Shown piece after piece: positions 11,851 through 23,223 of a stretch of DNA of 64,000 nt. The DNA is taken from assembly GCF_964213995.1 (NCBI RefSeq), contig NW_027590179.1, positions 62,001 to 126,000 on the forward strand, read 5' to 3'. Under the pieces are notes generated by a model. It worked only from the letters and a program-made list of their open reading frames with translations. It was not told where the DNA came from and made no database searches. The position numbers and the translations under genes were made by a program. Position 1 is the first letter of the stretch; each line of letters begins with the position of its first letter. Source of the stretch: Mustelus asterias. Its lineage: Eukaryota.

Positions 11851-12467
11851 AAACTTTAACTTTATTAATCCGATCTACATGTTACAGAAAAAAGCCAAAT
11901 GAATAGTAATAAAGTGAATTTTCAAGAACTTAGCAACAAATTGTTTATAAAATGTCCAGGTTTTAAAGTTTAGGAAGTCAGTTGAACTGAAAACTGCAAT
12001 GATTTTGGATGAAGCAAAAAATGAATCTTTGCCTGAAAATTTGCAAAGAAACTGTTGACTTTAAGGGATGATGATCATGAATTAAATAGAAAAAAACAAG
12101 TTTAAAAAATGTTATGTTTGTACAACTTTGAAGTCTGTGTATATTTCAGTTTGTGGATGAATCTTTGGAATGCTTTGGGTGAAGATTTGAAAATATGTGT
12201 AAATACAGCTTTAAAACAATGTATAAGCTTCAAATGTTAGTTTATATAAAGTCATGGAATTAAATAATGGTATTATCTATGAGTTTAATAGAAATACTAT
12301 TTGAATAATCACAATAATTAGAAAATTATGTGACTGGGAAATGGGAATGATGAAGTATTTGATCTGTATTTGTGAAAAGGAGTTGAGATTTATAAGTTTA
12401 TACTTTTTCCTAGTCCTTTTTGATCAGGTGTTTATTTTATTTATGGGCAGTGCAATATAGTATCTTA

Positions 12468-12770
12468 GTGCGGCACGGTGGCACAGTGGTTAGCACTGCT
12501 GCCTCACGGCACCAGGGACCCATGGCCAGTTCCCGGCTTGGGTGACTGTCTGTGCAGAGTCTGCATGTTCTCCCCGTGTCTGCGTGGGTTTCATCCAGGT
12601 GCTCCGGTTTCCTCCCATAGTCCAAAGGACGTGCTGGTAAGGCACATTGGCCATGCTAAATTCTCCCTCAGTCTCCCCAAACAGGCGCTGGGTTGTGGCA
12701 ACTAAAGGACTTTCACAGTAACTTCATTGCAGTGTTAATGTAAGCCTGTTTGTCACACTAGTAAATAAAT
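12468..12770 (+). mobile_element. V-SINE with alternative tail
   Basis: Same structure as 11550-11850. Confidence 0.8.
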
Positions 12771-13647
12771 ATACTATTATAGTGTCATGTTCAAAATAAA
12801 AAAATCAGTTCAGTGTAACATAGGTAAGGGGCCCATTAAATACTCCCACAAGAGACCTCACACCTTTACCATTTCTTATCTTGACCCAAACCGATCCTTC
12901 ATCCTGATCTTTCAGGCTAAGGTGGTAGCTCTGTACTGAACTAATGTCATCGTTAATTAATGGGAGAGATCCTATCACCTTTTCCTAGCTTCCTGCCATT
13001 CCATTATGTCAAATACCCTTCAATATTTAGATCCCAGCCTAGGTCACCTTTCAACTAAGTCTCTGTAATGTCTATCAGGACACACACATTTATCTCTATC
13101 CGCCCTGACAATTCATCCTTTTTGTTATAAATGCTGTGTGCATTTTCAGAGATTCAATAATCTAATAGGGATTTAATGTGAAACCTCTTTACCAGCGAGT
13201 GGTGAGACTGTAGAACTCACTATTACAGCGAGTGGTTGAGGTGAACAGCATGAATACATTGAAGGGGAAGCTGGATACATACCTGAGGGAGAAAGGAATA
13301 GAAGGATATGCTGATGGGGGGAGATGACGAGGGGGAGGCTCATGTGGAGCATAAATACTGACACAGACCAATTGAGCCAACTGGCCTGGCCCTGTGCTGT
13401 AGACTCAATGGAACAGAGACAAATGTATTTATTTTAGATCTACCTGTAGCGTTAGGAAAAACACTATTTACTATCCAGAATAAAATAAATATCTTTCATC
13501 AGCTTTTGTGGATCATTTCAGTGGAAATGTGCTCTCCCAGGCTCAAAGAACATCAGCCCACTGGAAGCAAAGTCATGAGACCGGCCAGTCCAGCAGAAAG
13601 AAACCGTCCGACCCTCCCACTTCACCTACTGTCAGAATGAACGTGGT

Positions 13648-14628
13648 TCAGTTCTGGGTGTGATTAATAGCAGCAATAACAGCAGAATCCAATGCTTGTA
13701 ATCGTTTGTGAATTCGCTGGTGTCTCAGCAGGTGGGATGATCGTGTGAATCCCTTTCCACATTCATTGCAGGCAAACAGCCTCTCCCCAGTGTGAAGTCG
13801 CTGGTGCGTCAGCAGGTTAGATAATCGATTGAATCCCTTCTGACACACAAAGCAGTTAAATGGCCTCTCCCCAGTGTGAACTCGCTGGTGTGAAATAAAG
13901 TTGGACGAATCACTGAATCCCTTGCCACACACTGAGCAGGTGAACGGCCTCTCCCCGGTGTGGACTCGCTGGTGTGTCTGCAGACTGGATGCCTGACTAA
14001 ATCCCTTTCCACACAGAAAGCAGGTGAATGGCCTCTCCCCAGTGTGAGTTCGCTGGTGTGAAAATAGGTTGGATGAATCACTGAATCCTTTACCACACTC
14101 AAAGCAGGTGAAGGAAGCCTCCCCAGTGTGAAGTTGCTGGTGTCTCAGCAGGTTGGCGGAGTTACTGAATCCCTTCTCACACACACAGCAGGGAAATGGC
14201 CTCTCTCCGGTGTGAACTCGCTGGTGTGAATACAGGTTGGATGACTGAGCAAATCCTTTACCACACATGGAGCAGATAAATGGCCTCTCCCCAGTGTGAA
14301 CTCTCTGGTGTGTCTGCAGTGTGGATGAATCGCTGAATCCCTTCTCACACACGGGGCAAGTGAATGGCCTCTCTCCATTGTGAACTCGCTGGTGTATCAG
14401 CAAGTGCGATGACTGAGTGAATCCCTTCCCACAATCAGAGCAGGTGAATGGCTTCTCCCCGGTGTGAACTCGCTGGTGTGTCAGCAAGATCGATAACCGA
14501 GTGAATCCTTTCCCACAATTGGAGCAGGTGAATGGCCTCTCCCCGGTGTGACTGCGTCGATGAATTTCCAGCACTGATGGGGAACGGAATGACTTTTCAC
14601 AGTCCTCACATTTCCATGCTTTTTCCAT
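13648..14628 (-). CDS. Tandem C2H2 zinc-finger protein (11 fingers) with C-terminal [18 protein letters not shown]
   Basis: Intact 326-aa ORF, AGACCATGG start, TGERPF linkers; last-exon acceptor ttttacAG|gatattag at ~14860. Confidence 0.85.
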   Translation of the reverse strand: MEKAWKCEDCEKSFRSPSVLEIHRRSHTGERPFTCSNCGKGFTRLSILLTHQRVHTGEKPFTCSDCGKGFTQSSHLLIHQRVHNGERPFTCPVCEKGFSDSSTLQTHQRVHTGERPFICSMCGKGFAQSSNLYSHQRVHTGERPFPCCVCEKGFSNSANLLRHQQLHTGEASFTCFECGKGFSDSSNLFSHQRTHTGERPFTCFLCGKGFSQASSLQTHQRVHTGERPFTCSVCGKGFSDSSNFISHQRVHTGERPFNCFVCQKGFNRLSNLLTHQRLHTGERLFACNECGKGFTRSSHLLRHQRIHKRLQALDSAVIAAINHTQN

Positions 14629-14944
14629 GGTCTGAGTGTCTTTCTGTCTCTCCTGCAGTTTTCACAATATGTGCACTGGAACACCGTCACTCGGGTTGCA
14701 CGGGCCTCGATGCTTTTCTGTTCACACCAATGGTTCACCCAACTCAAGCAGATAAACGTTTCTTCTTCCAGATTCAAACCGATGACATTCAGCTCCCATG
14801 AATTGAGTGAATGTTAGATCTTGACATTTCTATCAGCAAATCATCTCCTTCTAATATCCTGTAAAAAGAATTTACAAAAGTCATCACTGTCAGAACAAGA
14901 TAGAAATTCAGATCAGACAATTCTAGTTCCTGTGGAACACTGCA

Positions 14945-15745
14945 AAGGATGTCAATGTCTTTAAGAGAGAGAGAAACCTGGGCCAACCTTTCCAGAGTCT
15001 GCAGCCTCCCTGGATTCACTTTCTTTCCCTTCAGTTGCTGCAAGTCCCCAATTTCCCCCAGAATGAGAAAAGAAATGGAAAGGGGGAAACATTGATTTCC
15101 TCCCAGATGTTGCCCAGAGGAGGGAGTTTGAGTCTGAATCTGAATCAATCGAGCTTCCGCATTGTGACGTCACAATGGAGCCCTGCCTGAATCAGCCAAC
15201 AGGAATCAGTCTCTTCCACAATGACGTCATGGGGTGCCAGTGCGCAGGCCCGGGCGCGCGGACACGGAAGTCCCGCCCCCACCCATTGTTCCCCTCCCCC
15301 TGCACCTCCTCCAGCCAAGGTTTCCAGGCAACCGGCTGGCGGCTCCGGCCAGAGCGAGAAGCCTCTTGGTGATCACCCCCTCCCCCTGGCCTGGGACTGC
15401 GCATGTCCAGTGGAGAGGCGACACTGCGCATGAGCGGGGCAGCCCGCCTTCTGACCTTCGTGCTGAGGTGTTGACCAATGGGAAAAGACCGGAAGGACTC
15501 TGGTCCTTCAGCCAATCGGGCTTTGTGATACTCAGATTGAGGTGCACAACAGACTGAAACTTCCTCCTGTCTCTACCATTTGTGAGTGAAACACTTTCTT
15601 TCATCCCCCTTTCCATTTCTTTTCTCATTCTGGGGGTAATTGGGGACTTGCAGCAACTGAAGGGAGAGGAAGTGAATCCAGGGAGGCTGCAGATTCTGGA
15701 AAGGTTGCCCCAGGTCTCTCTCTCTTCAAGACATTGACATCCTTT
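14945..15745. promoter_or_regulatory. Bidirectional promoter cassette with ~140-bp inverted arms (14945-15086 / 15605-15745)
   Basis: TGACGTCA twice (CRE), GC box, TGCGCATG twice, CCAAT, CCGGAAG; lies between divergent ZNF genes; paralog of 229-1060. Confidence 0.7.
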
Positions 15746-16519
15746 CGCTCTCTCAGTCTGACACATTTATTTGTCTGGGTAAAAGGATGGTCTCTTTCCC
15801 AATGTTCACAATTAAAGAGATGGTTTCTCCAGGATAGGCTGACATTTAAATTAAGATAGGACAGAGATACGTCTAGTCTTGTAATATGGTACAGATTAGA
15901 TATATTATTTGTAATAAAATACATTAATTATTTCTAATCTTGTATTACCCTACTGTAGCTACAATATGCATTTCCAGTCAGCGTCATTACGACACAAGGT
16001 GTCCATTCAGTAACTTGAGCCTATGCTAACACTCTGTAGGACAATCCAGTCACTCCCATTCCTTCTCTACATCCCCATTCCCCCTACAGGTTATTTCCTT
16101 CAAGTGCCCCTCCAATTTCATTCTGAAATTATTCACCACCTCTGCTTCCATCAAGCTGGTAGGCAGAGAGTTTCAGGTCAGCAACACTAGCTGTCGAAAT
16201 AAAATACTCCCTCACAGCCCTATGTATCTCTAATCATGTAACAGAGTACTGTATAATTATACATCATAGTGTTATTGGGTATGTATTAAATACAGCAGAA
16301 TGTGAATAGAGAGTGTGTGGTCCAGATATTTAGGGCCTTCGATAAATGAGAGAGGAATGAATGTTCCTTCGCAATTAAAATTCTGTTCTGAATTTCTATC
16401 CTGTACTGTCACTGATTACGTTTGTAAACTCTTTTACAATATATTAGGGGAGGAGATATCGCAGACAGAACTCTCAAAGCAGATAGCACATCAGGATCTG
16501 ACAGAGTCATGGCATCAAG

Positions 16520-18085
16520 GTTGGTAAGTCGCCGGGACCGGATGGGATGTACCCCAGGTTACTGTGGGAGGCGAGGGAGGAGATTGCGGAGCCTTTGGCG
16601 ATGATCTTTGCATCGTCGATGGAGACGGGAGAGGTTCCGGAGGATTGGAGGATTGCGGATGTGGTCCCTATATTCAAGAAAGGGAACAGGGACAGCCCGG
16701 GAAATTACCGACCGGTGAGTCTAACCTCAGTGGTTGGTAAGTTGATGGAGAGGATCCTGAGAGACAGGATTTATGATCATCTAGAGAAGTTTAGTATGAT
16801 CAAAAGTAGTCAGCACGGCTTTGTCAGGGGCAGGTCGTGCCTTACGAGCCTGGTTGAGTTCTTTGAAAATGTGACCAAGCACATTGACGAAGGAAGAGCG
16901 GTGGATGTGGTCTATATGGACTTCAGCAAAGCGTTCGATAAGGTCCCCCATGCAAGACTTCTTGAGAAAGTGAGAGGGCATGGGATCCAAGGGGCTGTTG
17001 CCTTGTGGATCCAGAACTGGCTTGCCTGCAGAAGGCAGAGAGTGGCTGTGGAGGGGTCTTTCTCTGCATGGAGGTCAGTGACCAGTGGAGTGCCCCAGGG
17101 ATCTGTTCTGGGACCCTTGCTGTTTGTCATTTTCATAAATGACCTGGATGAGGAAGTGGAGGGATGGGTTGGTAAGTTTGCTGACGACACCAAGGTAGGT
17201 GGTGTTGTGGATAGTTTGGAGGGATGTCAGAAGTTGCAGCGAGACATAGATAGAATGCAAGACTGGGCGGAGAAGTGGCAGATGGACTTCAACCCGGATA
17301 AGTGTGTAGTGATCCATTTTGGCAGATCCAATGGGATGGAGCAGCAGTATAAAATGAAGGGTACCATTCTTAGCAGTGTAGAGGATCAGAAGGACCTTGG
17401 GGTCCGGGTCCATAGGACTCTTAAATCGGCCTCGCAGGTGGAGGATGCGGTCAAGAAGGCGTATGGCGTACTAGCCTTCATTAATCGAGGGATTGAGTTT
17501 AGGAGTCGGGAGATAATGCTGCAGCTTTATAGGACCCTGGTTAGACCCCACCTGGAGTACTGCGCGCAGTTCTGGTCACCTCATTACAGGAAAGATGTTG
17601 AAGCCATTGAAAGGGTGCAGAGGAGATTTACAAGGATGTTGCCTGGATTGGGGGGCATGCCTTATGAGGATAGGTTGAGGGAGCTTGGTCTCTTCTCCCT
17701 GGAGAGACGAAGGATGAGAGGTGACCTGATAGAGGTTTACAAGATGTTGAGGGGTCTGGATAGGGTGGACTCTCAGAGGCTATTTCCAAGGGCTGAAATG
17801 GTTGCTACGAGAGGACACAGGTTTAAGGTGCTGGGGGGTAGGTACAGGGGGGATGTCAGGGGTAAGTTTTTCACTCAGAGGGTGGTGGGTGAGTGGAATC
17901 GGCTGACGTCGGTGGTGGTGGAGGCAAACTCGTTGGGGTCTTTTAAGAGACTTCTGGATGAGTACATGGGATTTAATGGGATTGAGGGCTATAGATAGGC
18001 CTAGAGGTGGGGATGTGATCGGCGCAACTTGTGGGCCGAAGGGCCTGTTTGTGCTGTGGCTTTCTATGTTCTATGTTCTATGTTC
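16520..18085 (+). mobile_element. 5'-truncated young CR1 LINE inserted in the last exon (5'UTR part) of a ZNF gene
   Basis: Open RT frame; (TTCTATG)n tail; ZNF exon sequence resumes on both sides (tctgacagagtca...ttcatcgggagctgaatatcatc). Confidence 0.92.
16547..17998 (+). CDS. CR1 ORF2 reverse transcriptase domain (5'-truncated)
   Basis: GNYRPVSLTS, DFSKAFDKVPH, SGVPQGSVLGP, FADD motifs; 483 aa open. Confidence 0.85.
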   Translation: MYPRLLWEAREEIAEPLAMIFASSMETGEVPEDWRIADVVPIFKKGNRDSPGNYRPVSLTSVVGKLMERILRDRIYDHLEKFSMIKSSQHGFVRGRSCLTSLVEFFENVTKHIDEGRAVDVVYMDFSKAFDKVPHARLLEKVRGHGIQGAVALWIQNWLACRRQRVAVEGSFSAWRSVTSGVPQGSVLGPLLFVIFINDLDEEVEGWVGKFADDTKVGGVVDSLEGCQKLQRDIDRMQDWAEKWQMDFNPDKCVVIHFGRSNGMEQQYKMKGTILSSVEDQKDLGVRVHRTLKSASQVEDAVKKAYGVLAFINRGIEFRSREIMLQLYRTLVRPHLEYCAQFWSPHYRKDVEAIERVQRRFTRMLPGLGGMPYEDRLRELGLFSLERRRMRGDLIEVYKMLRGLDRVDSQRLFPRAEMVATRGHRFKVLGGRYRGDVRGKFFTQRVVGEWNRLTSVVVEANSLGSFKRLLDEYMGFNGIEGYR

Positions 18086-18366
18086 ATCGGGAGCTGAATA
18101 TCATCAATCTTGAATCTAAAAGGAGAAATGTTTGTCCTTTTTGTCTGCTGTGAGAGATTTTAATATCAGTGTGACTGGAACAGTACAGAGAATGACACCT
18201 GAGTGAGAGTGTACAATGCAGTGACTGTGAAAGGAGCTTTAATCAGTTACATTGGCTGAAGCAACATCACACCATTCACAGCAGGGAGAGACTGCACACT
18301 GGTTGTATGTGTGAACGAGGCTTCAACTGATTGTCAAACCTGGAGAGACACAAGGACATTGACACC

Positions 18367-18957
18367 ATGGAGAAACCATGGAAATGTGGGGATTGTGGGA
18401 AAAGTTTTCGTTGCCCGAGTCACCTGGAAATTCATCGACGTTGTCACACAGGGGAAAGGCCATTCACCTGCCCTGTTTGTGGGAAGGGATTCAGTAATGC
18501 ATCCATTTTACAGACACACCAGCGAATTCACACTGGAGAGAGACCATTTGTCTGTCCTAATTGCGGGAAGGGATTCACCCAGTTATCCCACCTGCAGTCA
18601 CACCAGCGAATTCACACTGGGGAGCGACCATTCACTTGCTCTGTGTGTGGGAAGGAATTCAGTAATTCATCCATCCTGCGGACGCACAAACGAGTTCACA
18701 CTGGGGAGAAGCCATTCTCCTGTTCTGAATGTGAGAAGCAATTCAGTCATTCATCTGACCTCAGGAAACACGAGCGAGTTCATGCCGGGCTGAGGCCGTT
18801 CATCTGCTCCCAATGCAGGAAGCGATTCAGTGATTCATCTGACCTGAGGAGACACCAGCGAGTTCACACTGGGGAGAGGCCATTCACCTGCTCTCAGTGT
18901 GGGAGGGGATTCACTCAATTATCGAACATGCGGACACACCAGCGAGTTCACAAGTGA
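18367..18957 (+). CDS. Tandem C2H2 zinc-finger protein (7 fingers)
   Basis: [19 protein letters not shown]...HQRVHK*; upstream exon disrupted by LINE, so expression is uncertain. Confidence 0.7.
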   Translation: MEKPWKCGDCGKSFRCPSHLEIHRRCHTGERPFTCPVCGKGFSNASILQTHQRIHTGERPFVCPNCGKGFTQLSHLQSHQRIHTGERPFTCSVCGKEFSNSSILRTHKRVHTGEKPFSCSECEKQFSHSSDLRKHERVHAGLRPFICSQCRKRFSDSSDLRRHQRVHTGERPFTCSQCGRGFTQLSNMRTHQRVHK

Positions 18958-19214
18958 TTACAGGTGTTGGATTCTGCTGTTAATCACACTCAGGACAGAA
19001 CCATGTTCATTCTGACAGTTTGGGAAGTGGGAGGGTCGGAGGGTTTCTTTCTGCTGGACTGGCTGGTCTCACAACTTTGCTTCCAGTGGGCTAAATTTCT
19101 TTGAGCCTAAGAGAGTACATTTCCATTGAAAGGATTCACAAATGGTATTGAAAAACATTTATTTTATCCTAGGTAGTAAATAATGATTTTCCCATCACTA
19201 CAGGTAGATCTAAA

Positions 19215-19510
19215 GTAAATACAGAAAGAACTGGAAAAACACAACAGGTCTGGCAGCATCCGTGGAGAGAGAAACAGAGTTAACGTTTCATGTCCAAAGT
19301 AACTCTACTTCAGAACTAAAGAGAGGGAGAAATGTGATGGGTTTGATGCTGCTGAGAAAGGAGGGAGGGGCAGGTAGAACAAAAGGGAAAGTCAGGGATT
19401 GGTTAGAGGTCGGATGAGAATAAATGACAAAAACATCCTGGAACAAAAGGCAAAGGGAGAGGTAATGGTTGTGGTAAAGGAACTGTTTGGGAGAATGAAC
19501 TCAGAAGAAT
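19215..19510 (-). mobile_element. Penelope-like terminal repeat with hammerhead-like motif
   Basis: Minus strand AGTT-CTGAAGT...GAAACGTT-AACT followed by ctctccacggatgctgccagacctg family tail. Confidence 0.5.
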
Positions 19511-19539
19511 CATTCAACACTTAAGCCTGATTGAATCGA

Positions 19540-20025
19540 CAAACAGCTAATTGAGTATTTATTCTGGGGATGAAGGGGATGACATATGAGGAGAGATTAA
19601 GCAGTTTGGACTATACTCACTGGAGTTTAGAAGGATGACCGGGATCTAATCGAAGGACATAAAATGTTAAAAGCGATTGATAAAGGAAATGTAGAGCAAA
19701 TGTTTCCTCTTATGGGACAATCTAGAACAAGAGGTCACAGGTACAGGTTGCGAGACTGTAGATTTAAAACTGAGATGAGGAGATTCTCAGAGAGTGGTGA
19801 ATTTGTGGAACTTGCTGCCACATAGCGAGGTGGTGTCTGAATCATTGAATTGTTTCAAGAGGGAGGGAGAGATATTTCTGATAAAAAGAAAGGGAAAGAG
19901 GGATATGGGGAACAGGTGGGGAAGTGGATTTGAGACCAGGGAGAGATCAGCCATGATCTGATTGAATGGCGGAGCAGGCTCGAAGAGCTGAATTTACCGA
20001 CTTCTGCTCCTAATTTCAATGTTCC
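19540..20025 (+). mobile_element. Degenerate CR1 3' fragment
   Basis: YEERLSSLDYTH-like remnants, agagtggtgaatttgtggaac, CR1 3'UTR. Confidence 0.75.
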
Positions 20026-20595
20026 TGTGAGTTACGCCAGCGGGGAGAAACCACAGGGGCTGATCATGAGCAACTCCACCCAACACAGAATATCATCAAT
20101 TCCTGTACAGTTACTCAGCCCATCCCAGCTGGACACAATCCAATCAGAATGGTGATAGATTACACACATTACATATAGGTCCAATGGAATGAGTAACTAG
20201 GCTGCGTGATCAACTCGGGGACAGTTCTGGACCATCCCAAGACATTTACGTGGTACCTTATCAACCGTCCCTGAGCCTTCACAACGAATCTCTTCTCAGA
20301 ACGTTCTTATCTCTGACTTGTCTGTGCTGCTGGCAGTCTCACAAAGCAGCTGCCTGTGTGCTGATACGAAAGGCCCTGCTGGACAAGTTTAATGGTCCAT
20401 AACTGTCTTTAATGACTGAATAGCTATAGGAATGTGGTCAGGTCAGCTAGTTCGCTGATCCATGATGTTTCTCAAACCATTATACTACATTTTGATGAGT
20501 ATGATATATTGCTGGTATGAAATGGAATATCTATATATCTAATATGTATTGCCGGTGCCTTTGCCTTGGGCCCACCTCAATAATCCCCCCTTTGA
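20026..20595 (-). mobile_element. Putative LTR preceded by polypurine tract
   Basis: Minus strand aaaggggggattat|TGAGG...ACTCACA; internal segment also present at ~2506-2670. Confidence 0.5.
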
Positions 20596-22276
20596 GTAAT
20601 GGACTAGCCCTAGTCCCATTAACCAACACCATTAGTTTACCATTAGCCTCCCCTCTTGTTCAATTGCCCAGTCTACGGGCATGACCGATTTCTAATCTGT
20701 TTCTCGAGGGTGCTAATCACCCACTGGCATCATCTCCCATCGTCCCCGATTCTGTGCAACACCAGTTCAATGACTGGCCTTCTGAGGTGTCAATTACTTG
20801 TGGGACCCTCTCTCTCATTGAAGTTTGTTTCTGTTACTTCTTGCTAAGTTTAGAGAGCCCCTTGATATCTCCCCTGCCCATTTGTTCAGGATGGGGAAAC
20901 ATGCTGTCTTTGTTTTGGACGAGTTATTTGAAATTACTCCTCTCTGGTTCTTTGGAATGAGTTACTTTACTTTCCTTATAACCTTAAAATACATATCAAT
21001 GCCTTAAAGTGATTGATCTGCTTGATAGAACACAGTACATTCAACTAACAGCTATTTCAGTTGGCTGGACAGCTGGTTTGTGATGCAGAGAAACGGCAAC
21101 AGCGCAGTTTCAATTCCCATATCGGCTCAGGTTGTTCATAAAGGCCCCACCTTCTCAATGGTGTCCCTCACCTGGGGTGTGGTGATCCTCAGGTTAAATC
21201 ACCACCAGTCAGCACACCCCTCAAGGGGCATAGCAGCCTCATCTGGGACTATAGCAATTTTACTTCACTTTTTATTAAAATTTAAAGAAACTAAAGAGTT
21301 ACAAAAGCTAATTACAGAATTTCATTCTAAACTTACTACATTAAAGATGGTTGCAGTGTGAAATAAAGTGACTTTTCTTGAACATCACAAGTTAAACTGC
21401 ACTAAATTTAATGCACAAGGCTGAACATTTTAATATTTGTATTACTTAATACAACAGACTTTGAATTTCGAGAACAGAACTGATCATTTTAATTGTGAGA
21501 AAGGTAGACAGTTTGTACCAGTAATTGTTTAACCGTGACATCTCGCATTGCTGCCTTAAGGCCATGTGTTCTTTCTCCCTTGTCAATTTAAGTGTGGTGC
21601 TAACTCCAAGTCATGTGATGAACTTAAGCCCCAGAATTCAGTATAAAATCATATTGAGGTGACACACGTAGATTGTGTGTAAACTAAACTAGAATTAATC
21701 ATTTAAAATTGGTTACTTGAGGTTGAGATTGCCTGGGCATTTGTGCCCCACATAAAACCTCTACTGCTGTGTGTCAAATATGTCACATTGTGTTTTCTCC
21801 TTTAAATGTGGGTACTGGACTAACTGAACAAACACCATTGTAACTATCACGATTTTCCAATCCTGCTGTCTTTGCCCTCTTTTTAGGTCAAACCAAATAA
21901 ACAAACTCAAATTAAGTCAGGACAAAGTAAAAGGGGCAGCTCCCCAAAAAGGAGGGGGAACAGCCTCAACTCTCCATTTCGGGTCCTGTTTTTGCTAAAA
22001 CAATGGCTGGTATCCATTTCTCACTTGTGGCATAATGACATGCTCAACAATCTCCTTGTTGAAATGAGCATTGTTTTGCCTTCACGTCACAATTTTGGAC
22101 TGCTGTTGACGCTCTAATTTCTGAAGTTTCCAGAGATAATAAACATCGTCCTCAACTTTCTCTTTAAGAGTAGTAATGCAGGTGAACTTTGAGTAGTCGC
22201 ATAAGTAGTGTTTCTAAAAGATGACAAAAAGATGTTCACATGATGTGATAGCAAACCTTGCTCTCTTGAAGCATTT

Positions 22277-22975
22277 GGGCAGCACGGTAGCACAATGTTA
22301 GCACTGCTGCTTCACAAAGGTAGCCGCTTCAACCCTGCTGCCCCTACAAACATGGCGTCCATGCCTGCCCGCTATTGCACATGGCCCCTTAAAAGATGGT
22401 GGCCGCACATGCGCACTGATAGACATTGCCACCGACAGAATGGCATCAGTCAGCCCAGGCCCAACACGACGAGTTGCGCCTCCAATTTGGTACCAACAGG
22501 CCGCCCGGGAAGTTATTTACCAGGGTTTGGGTTTGAACAACATGTTTACGAAGCCTCTCCACCCGCCACATTCATCGCTCTCTGCGCGCCGCTCTCTACC
22601 TTCAACTGATCTCGGATCCGAGTTAAAACTGTCCGTCCACCGCCATTACCTACACTGCGCATGCTTCAGACCCCTCCCCTGGGTTCGATTCCCGGCTTGG
22701 GTCACTGTCTGTGTGGAGTTTGCACATTCTCCTCGTGTCTGCGTGGGTTTCCTCCGGGTGCTCCGGTTTCCTCCCACAGTCCAAAGATGTGCGGGTTAGG
22801 TTGATTGGCCATGCTAAAATTGCCCCTTAGTGTCCTGGGATGCTTAGGTTAGAGGGATCAGCGGGTACATATGTAGGGATATGGGGGTAGGGCCTGGGTG
22901 GGATTGTGGTCGGTGCAGACTCGATGGGCCAAATGGCCTCTTTCTGTACTGTAGGGTTTCTATGATTTCTATGAT
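22277..22975 (+). mobile_element. HE1-type V-SINE split by a ~360-bp insertion
   Basis: Head 22277-22316; B box and body resume at ~22680. Confidence 0.8.
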
Positions 22976-23223
22976 AAAGAATGTTTCAAGAATTGTTCAA
23001 ATCTTTCAGCTAATCCATGGGTTTATGGATGATATGTGGATTTTATATGCTCAATACCAACTTGTCGTGTTGGGCCTGGGCTGACTGATGCCATTCTGTC
23101 GGCAGCAATGTTAATCAGTGCGCATGTGCGGCCAGCATCTTTTAAGGGGCCATGTGCAATAGCGCGCAGGCACGGACGCATTGTTTGTTGGGGGCAGCAG
23201 GGTCGAAGTGGCTACCTTTGTGA
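22312..23223. repeat. ~165-bp inverted repeat (22312-22476 / 23058-23223)
   Basis: gctattgcacatggccccttaaaagatg...gcccaggcccaacacgac versus its reverse complement at 23058-23223. Confidence 0.9.

Larger units (their letters stand above)
9150..12430 (+). mobile_element. Old AT-rich non-LTR retrotransposon RT remnant (CR1/L2/Crack-like) with nested insertions
   Basis: CGVSQGSVLGLKLFILYINDI...LFADDANMF at 10249-10470; interrupted by SINEs, a tRNA and a mini-insertion. Confidence 0.7.

Noticed and set aside
13550-13580. SECIS-like ATGA...TGAT in the conserved 3'UTR, to explain upstream TGA codons as selenocysteine
   Set aside because: Spacing too short, no AA loop, ATGA not conserved in paralogs; the TGAs align with CGA Arg codons
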